Shown piece after piece: positions 41,701 to 50,700 of a stretch of 64,000 nucleotides of DNA (position 1 is the first letter of the stretch; every line of letters begins with the position of its first letter). The stretch is from positions 384,001 through 448,000 of the forward strand of contig CAVZSQ010000019.1 in the NCBI GenBank assembly GCA_963777955.1, read 5' to 3'. This DNA is from Calditrichia bacterium. Lineage in GTDB: Bacteria; Calditrichota; Calditrichia; JAJRVZ01. The translations under genes and the position numbers were made by a program. Below the pieces are notes generated by a model. That model was not told the origin of the DNA. It saw only the letters and a program-made list of their open reading frames with translations, and did no database searches.

Positions 41701-41953
41701 CGCGGCCGATTATGTTATCCATTACGATCCCTGGTGGAATCCGGCAGTGGAGATGCAGGCCAGCGACCGGGCCCACCGCATCGGTCAAACGAAAAAGGTT
41801 TTTACCTATAAGTTAATCGCCAAGGATTCGGTAGAAGAAAAAATTTTGGCTTTACAGCAGCATAAGAAGGAACTGGTCAAACAGATCATTACTACCGAAG
41901 GCGGATTCTTCAAATCCCTGACTAAAAATGACATCCTCAATCTATTTACATAA
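38798..41953 (+). CDS. SWIM zinc finger + SNF2 helicase
   Basis: CTCPHKYICKH, LADDMGLGKT, DESQ, LTGTP, QASDRAHRIGQ. Confidence 0.93.
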   Translation: MWGILLIAINIKELRERIPEIIFKQGLDYYKQGRVKITNRDHSSVIASVQGTNLYIVRLTADTRLFESVCTCPHKYICKHAVAVALAVIEDHVRDSELISDSNWREYFEKQIAIQRVNSEFSQEVRWKLIYVIHVLENYWNLKPIKVYMKKDGTYGRLQEPSYSELSKQNVFNTSSDLIVISYLERLQSLQSNTYYRGRLEASYLNFGLDAGEIFNLLRNSEIHLKNEDGSIGQRIRYGKKSWRLVFRLEENNSHYSFHPYFLRDQDQIRLDRQIKILTTRPIWFYKDGELHTANFPFDYSYVKSFSEEEMKISFSKDEYQLFISDFLAKLPIFPYLEFPEGIAVQELTQVSGKRIYLEEMDEQLVVSLSILYNNVEVSFNQNNEQFLHYDKKTNHIIRIRRRREVEEKIRDEVVASSIIEDTPGLFYANYEAALDWLFDGLPKLVQAGFEVMGEESLVRFRVRRHKPTISTSFSSETDWFDLHLEIDFDGVSLTLAELKKALQKQKRYVRLRDGSIARLPERLIQKFQYLIEFGQTNEKSIRLRDHHLSFVDRLLTESEHKQYDEVSQSKLKKLDDFSKIKSYNLPKNLKGELRDYQRAGFNWLNFLKEFAFGGVLADDMGLGKTVQALALVQNEINKNKIPILIVAPTSVLFNWQREIEKFTPGIDYILHYGTKRTRDVRRLRKKPLILTTYGHLRRDISFLSEIDFHYVVLDESQNIKNPQSDTAQAARNLLAKNRLALTGTPIENNTMELWSQFSFLSPGLLGNQNFFKDNFMRPIEKEQNNDVAATLKRLIFPFILRRTKEEVVKELPPKVENIIFSPMSEAQQKIYDQVRDTFRNTIISEIESKGLDKTKMRILEGLTKLRQVSCHPQLVDATFQDEAGKFEALKLMIDEIISENHKVLVFSQFVRMLTIIREYLEEQAIDYAYLDGSTRDRAAVVDKFQDENDVRIFLISLKAGGFGLNLTAADYVIHYDPWWNPAVEMQASDRAHRIGQTKKVFTYKLIAKDSVEEKILALQQHKKELVKQIITTEGGFFKSLTKNDILNLFT

Positions 41954-41961
41954 ATAATGCG

Positions 41962-43401
41962 GTGGATAAAATATTTAAAATTGCCCTGGTTGATCCTTTG
42001 CTGGCAGGCCGTCCGCAGTACATACCCACCGGTTTGTGTTATCTCAGCGCCTATCTGAAACGTGCTCTGGCTGCTAAAGTTGAAATCAGAATTATGTCTT
42101 TATCTATTTTAAACCTGGAGCAATTATTTAATTTCAATCCGGATCTGATTGGTTTTTCTGCCCTGACTCATAATTTTAACATGGTCCGGAAAATGGCCAG
42201 TGAAATCAAGAAAACCGTAAAAAATGTACCGCTGGTACTAGGCGGACAGCATATCTCCATGGCGCCCTGGTCCATGCCGGCAGAATTTGACTATGCCATA
42301 CTGGGTGAAGGGGAAGAAGCCTTTTTAATATTTGTACAGGCACTGCTGTCAGATTCTGTTAAGAACAAAACAAGCTGGCCCGGTGCTCAGTTCTGGGAAA
42401 ATGGCAAATTGACAACTGTGCCCAAATTAGGACTTATCGAACCGTTAGATAATATCCCATTTCCAGACCGGGACAGTGTGGCAGATATCGAATCGATCAT
42501 TACACTGGACAGTTACAGAAGATTCAATAAATCCGGTTTGCGCAGCATGCAAGTCACCACCTCGCGTGGTTGTCCTTATAAATGCAAATTTTGCCAGCCT
42601 TCCATAATGTGGGATAAATTTCGCCTGCATTCGCCGGAATATATAGCCGAGGAAATAAACTTTATCGTTTCACGCTACGGCATCAAGGCTATTCATTTTG
42701 AAGATGATCTGTTCGTGAGTAATAAAAACCGTATTGCGGCTTTAATTGATCAGCTTGGCAAAAAAAATCTATTGAATAAGATAGTATACTATGCTGCCGG
42801 AAGAACCCGGCAGATCGACAATGAATGGCTTACCCTGCTCAAAAAGTTAGGAGTGGTCAAATTAGAGTTTGGTATCGAGTCCGGTTCCGATGCAGTAGCG
42901 CAATATCTTAAAAGCGGAGCAACTTCAAATGAGATCACTAAATCTACAATCCAGCTATTGAACCAGGCCGGTATCACCGTCTACGCTTCATTTATAGCCG
43001 GTTCACCTACTGAATCAACGACTGATCTGCAACAAACCTGGCAATTGATAAAATGGATCAAGCGTAATCATCCACACAACAGTTGCGGATTATCATTAGC
43101 CACTCCCCTGCCCGGCACGCAATTGTGGGACTATGCTGTACAAAACAGTATCATCAATCCGGCAGATATAAACTGGGATAAACTTAATTCGCTGGCAAAA
43201 TTTCCTGCAGATGAATCAAAGTATTATCACCTGAACAACAGAATTGAGCCCGGAAAACTTTTGAGAAAGGTTCGCTTTATAAACTTCCTGATGTGGCTGG
43301 GAACACCGTCAGAATTTTTATTTTCAATCCCCAGAAGAATTATGAAAATACCTGCCAAACTGATCGCTCTCTTACACCGTCTTCTTTTTATGACGGATTA
43401 A
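41962..43401 (+). CDS. B12-binding domain radical SAM protein
   Basis: PTGLCYL, LGGQH, GEGE, SRGCPYKCKFC, GIESG, PLPGT. Confidence 0.9.
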   Translation: MDKIFKIALVDPLLAGRPQYIPTGLCYLSAYLKRALAAKVEIRIMSLSILNLEQLFNFNPDLIGFSALTHNFNMVRKMASEIKKTVKNVPLVLGGQHISMAPWSMPAEFDYAILGEGEEAFLIFVQALLSDSVKNKTSWPGAQFWENGKLTTVPKLGLIEPLDNIPFPDRDSVADIESIITLDSYRRFNKSGLRSMQVTTSRGCPYKCKFCQPSIMWDKFRLHSPEYIAEEINFIVSRYGIKAIHFEDDLFVSNKNRIAALIDQLGKKNLLNKIVYYAAGRTRQIDNEWLTLLKKLGVVKLEFGIESGSDAVAQYLKSGATSNEITKSTIQLLNQAGITVYASFIAGSPTESTTDLQQTWQLIKWIKRNHPHNSCGLSLATPLPGTQLWDYAVQNSIINPADINWDKLNSLAKFPADESKYYHLNNRIEPGKLLRKVRFINFLMWLGTPSEFLFSIPRRIMKIPAKLIALLHRLLFMTD

Positions 43402-44364
43402 CAGCCAGATAAAAAATGGTCCGCCCAGCAGAGCCGTAACGATGCCCACTGGTAACTCAGCCGGAGTAATTATCGTGCGGGCCAGGGTATCGCACCAGAC
43501 CAGAAAAATTCCGCCCACCAGCGGTGCAGAAAATAAAAGTCTATGATGATCGGGACCGACCAGCAGCCTGACCAGATGCGGGATAATCAAACCCACAAAT
43601 CCGATCGGTCCGGCCAGGGCCACAACCATCCCTACCAATAAAGCTGTTCCAAAAAAAGACCGTTTCTGCAGCCGGTAAAGATCGACCCCTTTACTTAAGG
43701 CCATTTCCCGCCCGGCCGTGAGGATGTTCAAAGCCCGCGACTGGTTCAAGAAATATATGAAGGCCAGAAATACCGGAATAACCAGAATTCCATTATAAAT
43801 CCAGCCGGTCGTCTGTAATCCGCCCATCAGCCAGTGGATCATGCGGTAAGTTTCGGTGAAATCGGCCAGGTAGTGTATGAATAAAATCAGCGAGGAAAAG
43901 AGCAGGCTGATAGTTACCCCGGTTAATACCAGGGTAACAGCAGACATACCCCGTTGGCCCCGCGCTATCAAATAAATAATAAAAACCGTACCCAGGCTGC
44001 CCAGCATGGAAAACAGTACCGTACTGCTCATACCCAGATAGGTTATCTCCAATCCTGATTTAATTGCCAGCACGGCTCCCAGGGCTCCACCGGAGGAGAC
44101 CCCCAGCGTATAAGGTGTAGCCAGGTCGTTTCGCAGCAGAGCCTGAAAAACAGCACCCACCAGGGTTAACGAGAATCCTACCAGAAAAGCGAACAGTACC
44201 CGCGGCAAGCGAAGATTTAAGAAGATATCCTGTTCCAGAGAGGAATGAAACAAAGCTGGCAGCGGAATGGCCAGGCTGCCGAGCAAAGGTGCCAGAACCA
44301 ATGTAAACACCGTCAACGCAATCAATGAGACAAAAATCAGTCGCCAGGATAAATTGTTCTGCAT
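43372..44364 (-). CDS. btuC: BtuC/FecCD-type ABC permease
   Basis: LRLPR, RNDLATPYTLGVSSG, GPIGFVGL, ELPVG. Under the cobalamin riboswitch. Confidence 0.85.
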   Translation of the reverse strand: MQNNLSWRLIFVSLIALTVFTLVLAPLLGSLAIPLPALFHSSLEQDIFLNLRLPRVLFAFLVGFSLTLVGAVFQALLRNDLATPYTLGVSSGGALGAVLAIKSGLEITYLGMSSTVLFSMLGSLGTVFIIYLIARGQRGMSAVTLVLTGVTISLLFSSLILFIHYLADFTETYRMIHWLMGGLQTTGWIYNGILVIPVFLAFIYFLNQSRALNILTAGREMALSKGVDLYRLQKRSFFGTALLVGMVVALAGPIGFVGLIIPHLVRLLVGPDHHRLLFSAPLVGGIFLVWCDTLARTIITPAELPVGIVTALLGGPFFIWLLIRHKKKTV

Positions 44365-44367
44365 AGG

Positions 44368-45135
44368 TCAGGCGTAGGGTAAAATATAGAGACTGTTGGT
44401 AATCGGATTGATATCAATATACACTTTTACACCGAAAGTATTTTGCAGTACTTTAAACTTCAACACCTCGTCCGGTTTGCCATCACTTATGATTCGCCCC
44501 TGGTACAACAGTACCATGCGGTTACAATACTGGGCGGCCAGGTTGATGTCATGGGTAACGATAATAACCGTAAGGTTCTTCGTTTTTTGCTGTTCTTGCA
44601 GAATCTGGTAAATGGCAATCTGATGGTGCAAATCCAGCGCTGTTGTCGGTTCGTCCAGCAACAGTATTTTTGGTTCCTGGGCCAGCGCACTGGCGATCAG
44701 AACCCGTTGTTTTTCACCACCGCTTAATTCATTAAAATAACGTTCACGGAAATCCTGTACTTCCATCAATGTTAAAACACGGTCAATGACCTGTTCGTCG
44801 GCAGGACTGTAATAGCCAATACCCTTTACATGCGGATAGCGGCCCATGCGCACCACCTCATCAACCGTATAAGCAAATGAAAATTCCGTGTCCTGGGGGA
44901 GATAGGCAACCTGCCGGGCTAACTGTTTACGGGTGTATTCAGCCAGAATTTTATCCTGCAGAACGACTTCACCCTGCGGCTCCACCAGACCATCGATGAT
45001 TTTCAGCAGCGTTGATTTTCCGGCGCCATTAGGACCGATAATCGCCACAAATTCGTCAGTGGATACAAAAAAATTTAACCCATCCAGTATCCTTCTGGAG
45101 CCATAATTAAATTTGATATTCTTCAGTTCCAGCAT
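44368..45135 (-). CDS. btuD: ABC transporter ATP-binding protein (cobalamin)
   Basis: GPNGAGKST, LSGGEKQR, LLLDEPT. Confidence 0.85.
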   Translation of the reverse strand: MLELKNIKFNYGSRRILDGLNFFVSTDEFVAIIGPNGAGKSTLLKIIDGLVEPQGEVVLQDKILAEYTRKQLARQVAYLPQDTEFSFAYTVDEVVRMGRYPHVKGIGYYSPADEQVIDRVLTLMEVQDFRERYFNELSGGEKQRVLIASALAQEPKILLLDEPTTALDLHHQIAIYQILQEQQKTKNLTVIIVTHDINLAAQYCNRMVLLYQGRIISDGKPDEVLKFKVLQNTFGVKVYIDINPITNSLYILPYA

Positions 45136-45136
45136 A

Positions 45137-46024
45137 CTATTTTGTCACCTGCTCGATGAGCTTATTGAAGTCCAGCGCTAATAAGTAAAATCTGGGTCCC
45201 GGAATAAAGACATAATCTCCGCCGATGGTATATATGTTCCCTTTTTTCACTGCATCAACCTCTTTTAAATACTGCCATTCCGGTTCATCGTTGCAGGTAT
45301 ATATTCCCCCGGGACGATTCGGGTCGAACTGAATAATCGCCTGCGGATTTCGTTGAATAATAGATTCCAGATTAACCGTGGAATAATGGACCGGCAGATC
45401 GGCAAAGACATTGATTCCGCCGGCCATAGTCCACAATTCATTCAGAAAGGTTTCACGACCCGCCACCATCAGGTTCTGCAGGGAGCCGGTTTCTTTCCCG
45501 ATAACCAGCATAGCCGCCAGCGGTTGGTGTTGCCGTTTCTTGCTGCCGAGTAAAAGTATATACTGGTCAATACGTCCGATTAAATTTTGTGCCTCAGTTT
45601 CATACCCCAGAATTTGCCCCAGGGTGTCGATTGTATGGAAAATATCCACTACGGTTTCATTCGGCAGCATCACGACAGGCAAATTAAACTGCCGCAGATC
45701 ATGATCAAGTTTTTTATGAGCGGGAGTGCCAAGCAGTAATGTGGGTTTCAAACTGACCAGTTTTTCAATATTCGGATCAAACAGACCGCCGATCTTCGCT
45801 TTCTGTTGTGCCTGAACCGGGTATTTACAAAAAGTGGTAACTGCCACCAAATCATGCTCTGCACCCAGAGCGTAAATGATTTCTGTAATATGCGGAGATA
45901 AAGAAATGATCCGTCTTTCCTGGCCGTACTGCTTAGTATTATTATTACAGGATGTGACCAGGATAATTACCAGGAAAATATAAAATAGATATCTTATTGT
46001 ATTTTTCACTATAACTTCAGCCAA
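45137..46024 (-). CDS. btuF: Cobalamin-binding lipoprotein
   Basis: Lipobox VTSC, RIISLSPHITEIIYALG, PNIEK, PGPR. Start may be GTG 46009. Confidence 0.85.
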   Translation of the reverse strand: MAEVIVKNTIRYLFYIFLVIILVTSCNNNTKQYGQERRIISLSPHITEIIYALGAEHDLVAVTTFCKYPVQAQQKAKIGGLFDPNIEKLVSLKPTLLLGTPAHKKLDHDLRQFNLPVVMLPNETVVDIFHTIDTLGQILGYETEAQNLIGRIDQYILLLGSKKRQHQPLAAMLVIGKETGSLQNLMVAGRETFLNELWTMAGGINVFADLPVHYSTVNLESIIQRNPQAIIQFDPNRPGGIYTCNDEPEWQYLKEVDAVKKGNIYTIGGDYVFIPGPRFYLLALDFNKLIEQVTK

Positions 46025-46060
46025 CCCACCCGCGCAGGTTATTTTTGAATATTCATTTCA

Positions 46061-46222
46061 ACCGGTTTCCTGGCTCAGGCTTCACCCTACTCTTCTTACC
46101 TTCCCACCCGGCAGCCGCCGGGCAGTGGTACCTTTAGAATTTCGTCGGCCTTCACAGTTGCGGGGCAGCGGCGGATTCACACCGCACTTCCCGTACATTG
46201 AAATGTTTAACACCGCTTAGCC
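46061..46222 (-). ncRNA. Cobalamin riboswitch
   Basis: Minus strand reads GGTG...CGGGAAGTGCGGTGTGAATCCGCCGCTGCCCCGCAACTGT...CCACTG...GGGAAG...GAGCCAGGAAACC, upstream of btuF. Confidence 0.95.
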
Positions 46223-46313
46223 TAATTTTTAAATTTAGATGTATTAGAATCCAAATGCAATTGATTTGAGGCAGCCTGGACATCTCCGGCTCGCTTTAAT
46301 AACAATAATGCGC

Positions 46314-46376
46314 TTGCAATAATCTGTAATTATTATTATATTATCTTTATTCTTAAATAGTAATTATTCTTATTTA
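46314..46376 (+). promoter_or_regulatory. Sigma70 promoter with a PerR/Fur-box-like operator
   Basis: TTGCAA-17-TATATT (46314-46342) and inverted repeat TAAATAGTAAT-T-ATTCTTATTTA (46354-46376) next to the RBS. Confidence 0.6.
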
Positions 46377-46385
46377 GAGGAAATC

Positions 46386-46808
46386 ATGAACACCTTGGCC
46401 ATCCGGGATAAATTGCGATCGGTACATTTAAAAGTCACACCACAACGTCTGGCGATATACGAGGCAATTTACGAACTTGGCAATCACCCGACTGTTGAAC
46501 AAATTATCACTTATATCAAAAACAGTTATCCCAATATCGCCACCGGTACAGTCTATTCTGCCCTGGAAACATTTGTGGCCAGGGGCCTGATTATGAAAGT
46601 CAAAACCGATGATGAGCTGAGGCGTTATGATGCCATACTGACCAAACACCACCATCTCTATTGCGCCAAATCAGATAAGATCGAGGACTATGAGGATGAA
46701 AAACTCGATACCCTGCTGATTAAATATTTCAAGAATAAACATATACCCGGCTTTACTATTAAAGATATTAAACTGCAAATAGTCGGTATATTTAATAAAA
46801 ATCATTAA
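46386..46808 (+). CDS. Fur family regulator, probably PerR-like
   Basis: KVTPQRLAI, HPT, TVY, RYD, HHHLYC. Adjacent to peroxide-defence genes. Confidence 0.88.
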   Translation: MNTLAIRDKLRSVHLKVTPQRLAIYEAIYELGNHPTVEQIITYIKNSYPNIATGTVYSALETFVARGLIMKVKTDDELRRYDAILTKHHHLYCAKSDKIEDYEDEKLDTLLIKYFKNKHIPGFTIKDIKLQIVGIFNKNH

Positions 46809-46828
46809 CGACAACAAAGGGGATTGAA

Positions 46829-47341
46829 ATGGGAAAACAAGCCGTTGATATTTTGTCAATCGATGTCCCGCGCCTGGTTAAAATGCTGAACGCTGCGCTG
46901 GCCGAAGAGTGGCTGGCCTATTATCAGTACTGGATCGGAGCCCGCCTGATGGAAGGACCGATGCGCAGTGAAATTGAACCGGAATTATTATTGCATGCAA
47001 CCCAGGAACTGAACCATGCGGTTTTAGTTGTCGACCGCATTATCCAACTGGGCGGAAACCCGGTGCTCCATCCTCAGGACTGGTTTAAACTGAGCCGCTG
47101 TAAGTATGACGCACCGGCAGATCCTTACGTGGAAGTAATTCTGGAACAGAACCTGCAGGGAGAACGCTGTGCCATCCAGCGCTATAAAGAGATCGCCGAT
47201 TACACCAGCGGGAAGGATCATACCACGCACCAGATGTCGACAACTATATTGAACGAGGAACTGGAGCATGAAAATGATATCGAAGACTGGCTGACCGATA
47301 TCAAACGAATGAAACAGGAATTTAAGAAAATAAGAATGTAA
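46829..47341 (+). CDS. DPSL/bacterioferritin-related ferritin-like protein (Bacteroides type)
   Basis: LNAALAEEWLAYYQYW, RIIQLGG, RCKY, ERCAI, EELEHE. Confidence 0.85.
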   Translation: MGKQAVDILSIDVPRLVKMLNAALAEEWLAYYQYWIGARLMEGPMRSEIEPELLLHATQELNHAVLVVDRIIQLGGNPVLHPQDWFKLSRCKYDAPADPYVEVILEQNLQGERCAIQRYKEIADYTSGKDHTTHQMSTTILNEELEHENDIEDWLTDIKRMKQEFKKIRM

Positions 47342-47360
47342 ACGCCCGAAAGGAAAATTT

Positions 47361-48098
47361 ATGGAACAAAAAAACGCATCAGCACCTGCTATCACCGGCA
47401 GCGAATCTTTTGCCATGCCGCGAATCGGCGACGATGCACCTTCATTTAAAGCCGTTACCACCCAGGGAGAAATTAATTTCCCGCAGGATTACAAAGGTAA
47501 ATGGGTAATTCTGTTCAGTCACCCGGCCGATTTTACACCGGTGTGCACATCGGAGTTCATTACCTTTGCTTACCAGGAAGATGAATTCAGAGCCCTGAAT
47601 TGCCAGTTGGTCGGACTTTCCATCGATGGACTTTACAGTCATATCGCCTGGCTGCGCACCATCAAAGAAAAAATTGAATTCAAGGGAATGAAAAACGTCG
47701 AAGTGAAATTTCCACTGATCGAGGATATTACCATGGAAGTGGCCAAGAGGTATGGCATGATCCAACCAGGTGAAAGCAATACCAAAGCCGTCCGCGCGGT
47801 TTTCTTTGTCGATTCGAAAGGAAAAATCAGAGCAATCATCTATTATCCGCTCTCGCTGGGCCGCAACTTTGATGAACTCAAGCGCGTACTGATTGCCCTG
47901 CAGACCGCCGACAATTTTTCTATCGCCACTCCGGCGGATTGGCGTCCGGGTGATGATGTTATCGTACCACCGGCCGGATCCTGCGGCACCGCCAAAGATC
48001 GTATGGATGGTAAAGAAGCGGGGGTCACCTGTAAAGACTGGTTCTTCTGTACTAAAAAATTGTCAAAAGAAAAAGTAATGGAAGCGCTTAAAAAGTAA
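47361..48098 (+). CDS. Peroxiredoxin (Prx6/archaeal type)
   Basis: FSHPADFTPVCTSEF, GRNFDE, TPADW, CKDWFFC. Confidence 0.93.
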   Translation: MEQKNASAPAITGSESFAMPRIGDDAPSFKAVTTQGEINFPQDYKGKWVILFSHPADFTPVCTSEFITFAYQEDEFRALNCQLVGLSIDGLYSHIAWLRTIKEKIEFKGMKNVEVKFPLIEDITMEVAKRYGMIQPGESNTKAVRAVFFVDSKGKIRAIIYYPLSLGRNFDELKRVLIALQTADNFSIATPADWRPGDDVIVPPAGSCGTAKDRMDGKEAGVTCKDWFFCTKKLSKEKVMEALKK

Positions 48099-48190
48099 AA
48101 TTGTTATTATCCTGTTAAGTAAAAATGAATTGAACATTGTATTTATATATTTAATTAAACCTTAAATAAAACAAAGAAAGGGGATTATGT

Positions 48191-48742
48191 ATGGCCAAAG
48201 TAGCACGGGAAATGGTAGAAAAAGCGGGGGTAAATGTTGACCAGTTGGTTGAGTTGCTGGTCAAGAATGCCGCCGCAGAACTTACTACTTTTTATTATTA
48301 CACCATTCTGCGGGTAAACCTGATTGGACTCGAGGGGGAAGGGATTAAGGAAATTGCCGAGACCGCGCGTATCGAAGACCGCAATCATTTTGAAGCGCTG
48401 GTTCCGCGTATTTATGAACTGGGCGGGAAGTTACCCGAAAACATGAAGACTTTTCATGACATGTCAGCCTGCCCACCGGCTAACCTGCCCAAGGATCCTA
48501 CCGACATCAAAGCTATGCTGAAAGTGCTGGTGGAAGCCGAACGCTGTGCAGTACGGGGTTATACTCACATCTGTAACATTACCGCTGGGAAAGATCACCG
48601 TACCTATGCCCTGTCACTGGCGATCCTGAATGAGGAAATCGAACATGAATCCTGGTTTTCCGAATTTCTGGGTGAAGGACCGTCCGGTCACTTCATGCGT
48701 CGCGGTGAAACCTCGCCTTTTGTCGATAAGTTCATGAGATAG
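48191..48742 (+). CDS. DPS-like protein (archaeal-type DPSL)
   Basis: AAAELTTFYYYTILR, EDRNHFE, SACP, AERCAV, EIEHE, PSGHF. Confidence 0.88.
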   Translation: MAKVAREMVEKAGVNVDQLVELLVKNAAAELTTFYYYTILRVNLIGLEGEGIKEIAETARIEDRNHFEALVPRIYELGGKLPENMKTFHDMSACPPANLPKDPTDIKAMLKVLVEAERCAVRGYTHICNITAGKDHRTYALSLAILNEEIEHESWFSEFLGEGPSGHFMRRGETSPFVDKFMR

Positions 48743-48758
48743 TTTAACCGGAACTCAG

Positions 48759-48797
48759 CGGGAAGACTGTTTTTAATGTCCGGTCTTCCCGTTTTTT
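48759..48797 (+). terminator. Probable intrinsic terminator
   Basis: CGGGAAGAC / GTCTTCCCG stem followed by T6. Confidence 0.6.
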
Positions 48798-48809
48798 AAA
48801 GAATCTGGA

Positions 48810-49052
48810 ATGATGGGCCAACAAAAATTTACCATAGCAGATTTAAAAAAGTATGATGGACAAAACGGATCACCAGCCTACGTTGCCTTTAAAGGAATCG
48901 TCTATGACGTATCACTTAGTTATCACTGGCGGGATGGCAAGCACTGGGTAGAACATCGGGCCGGTACCGATTTGACTGCAGAAATGGCACAGGCGCCGCA
49001 CGGTGCTGATTTACTCGAGACTTTTCCTGTTGTAGGCGAATTGATTGAATAA
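48810..49052 (+). CDS. Cytochrome b5-like heme/steroid-binding protein
   Basis: LKKYDG, AYVA..G.VYDV, W..GKH, H.AG.DLT, APHG. Confidence 0.85.
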   Translation: MMGQQKFTIADLKKYDGQNGSPAYVAFKGIVYDVSLSYHWRDGKHWVEHRAGTDLTAEMAQAPHGADLLETFPVVGELIE

Positions 49053-49111
49053 TAGATCCTGATCTTTTCCTGATTCACGGCAACAGGACCTGAATCTCCT
49101 TCAAACGCTTA

Positions 49112-49723
49112 TTACTTCAGGTACTTCCAATTTCTTACTTTTCCCTTGGCTAACCAGTCCAGGGCTTGCGCAATTCTTTTATCACGGGTATCCTCGCTTT
49201 TGGCTTCCTGGAACCACTCAAGATATTCTTTTTTATTGGAATAACTGAAGTTCTCAAATGTTGCCCTGGCCTGCTTATTCCGCTTCAATACCTGCGAAAA
49301 GTAAACAGGTATTTCTAAATCATTTTTAATTCTATTCGCAGTGCGGGCCGGTAATTTCCTGCCTTCTTTATTCAGTTGCATGGCCTCCCTGATGTACAGC
49401 AACAAGACATCATCCCCGGGTAGATCCTGATCCGAGGCCAGTTTGCCCAAATGTCCCATGGCCTTATCTTTTACCTGCGAAAAAACTTTATGCGTATCGG
49501 ACAACAGGGCGGCTTTCCAGAAAGTAAAGGCACAATGCTGTTTAAAAGCCGCCATACTGCACAGAATCCCATGATACTCAAAATGCGGAAAACCCCATTT
49601 AATAGTTTCCTGAACCTCCGGACAAGCCTGATGCACCAGCTGGCGTAAATGGTTTAAGATCGATCGGGCAAAAGGCGCCGCTTTGGCAATATAGGCATCG
49701 ACCTGTTTATTTTTAGAATTCAT
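49112..49723 (-). CDS. YdeI/OmpD-associated (DUF1801) protein
   Basis: VDAYI, ETIKWG.P, AAFKQH, KEY..W...AK...TR.KRI. Confidence 0.85.
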   Translation of the reverse strand: MNSKNKQVDAYIAKAAPFARSILNHLRQLVHQACPEVQETIKWGFPHFEYHGILCSMAAFKQHCAFTFWKAALLSDTHKVFSQVKDKAMGHLGKLASDQDLPGDDVLLLYIREAMQLNKEGRKLPARTANRIKNDLEIPVYFSQVLKRNKQARATFENFSYSNKKEYLEWFQEAKSEDTRDKRIAQALDWLAKGKVRNWKYLK

Positions 49724-49753
49724 GTTTTTCACCTGTCTATATAAATTTCACAT

Positions 49754-49908
49754 TCACACCCAGCCATTTTTTCTGTATAACTCATGACCCAGTTCAAGGG
49801 ACTCTTTTATCTGACCCAGGAGTTCAGAATCCAGTTTTTTGATATGGACGCACGATTTACCCTTTTCAATTGTCTAAAAATCTCCTGCCGGGTATCTTTC
49901 TTAGTCAT
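49754..49908 (-). pseudogene. Gene fragment, DUF1801-like C-terminus
   Basis: KGKSCVHIKKLDSELLGQIKESLELGHELYRKNGWV* is out of frame with the nearest ATG. The N-terminus is missing. Confidence 0.45.
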
Positions 49909-50049
49909 TGTGACGATCCTGTTTAGATTCAGAAGCCGAGCTGTTTACAAATTACCAATTACCAATTACTAATATATTTATGGTATTAAACGACAGGTAG
50001 CCTGCAAATATTCTGGGTATGCCAGGTCAAGACGGTTCAGCAAAATTTT

Positions 50050-50478
50050 CTATTTTATCCTGGCTTCTGTTAAAGCTGACAGCAAGGAAGCTCTAAAAAG
50101 ATTATATGACCAGGTGGCACCAGTAATTGCATCGACCTTATTGATATCCTGCACTTTCAATAACCGCCCGGGATAGGTTTGCACACCCTGCCAGTCATTA
50201 CGGCATTGCTGGATATATTCAGGAATGTCCTTGTAATGATTTTCATATTTCTCATCGAAGATTTCATTTTTTGCTTTATCCAGCACCGTAAATTGCACAG
50301 CGGTTATAAGATCGTTTTTGATGACAATTGTGGTGATACCATAATATGACTCGGCGGTGTAGATGGATTGTGACTCGCCCTTATATGTGCCGTCCCGGTA
50401 AATTAATCCGCCGGTGTGGTGGCAGGAAAGGATCTGCATTAGCAGGAATATTATGGACAATCTCATTAAATTTCTCAT
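50050..50478 (-). CDS. FMN-binding lipoprotein
   Basis: Lipobox ILSC, YRDGTYKG, flavinylation motif DAITGAT. Confidence 0.85.
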   Translation of the reverse strand: MRNLMRLSIIFLLMQILSCHHTGGLIYRDGTYKGESQSIYTAESYYGITTIVIKNDLITAVQFTVLDKAKNEIFDEKYENHYKDIPEYIQQCRNDWQGVQTYPGRLLKVQDINKVDAITGATWSYNLFRASLLSALTEARIK

Positions 50479-50529
50479 TTGATCACTCCTTTAAAGGATT
50501 CTTCATTTGACAGTATAAACTGCAGTAAG

Positions 50530-50677
50530 ATCCCCGCCAACTTGCGATCAAGTGTGCCAGACGCTCTGCGAGAATGACACTTTGTCTCTACTTAGCCGTA
50601 GGTCTCCGATCTTTGTCTTAATAACCCTCCCCAAAATCCCCTCCCTTATATTTAAGGGAGGGGACATAGGGGGGGGT
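50530..50677. repeat. Composite repeat cluster
   Basis: dRS3-like arms with a 30-nt insert, CTACTTAGCCGTAGGTCTCCGATCTTTGTC unit (related copy near 58577), and TCCCCTCCCTTA-TATT-TAAGGGAGGGGA hairpin (related copy at 22332). Confidence 0.75.
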
Positions 50678-50700
50678 ATTTTATGCCTTAGTGCTTTTTT

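Noticed and set aside
38798..41953. SNF2 helicase as part of a defence system
   Set aside because: Ordinary SWIM-SNF2 architecture with no methylase, nuclease or other defence genes adjacent.
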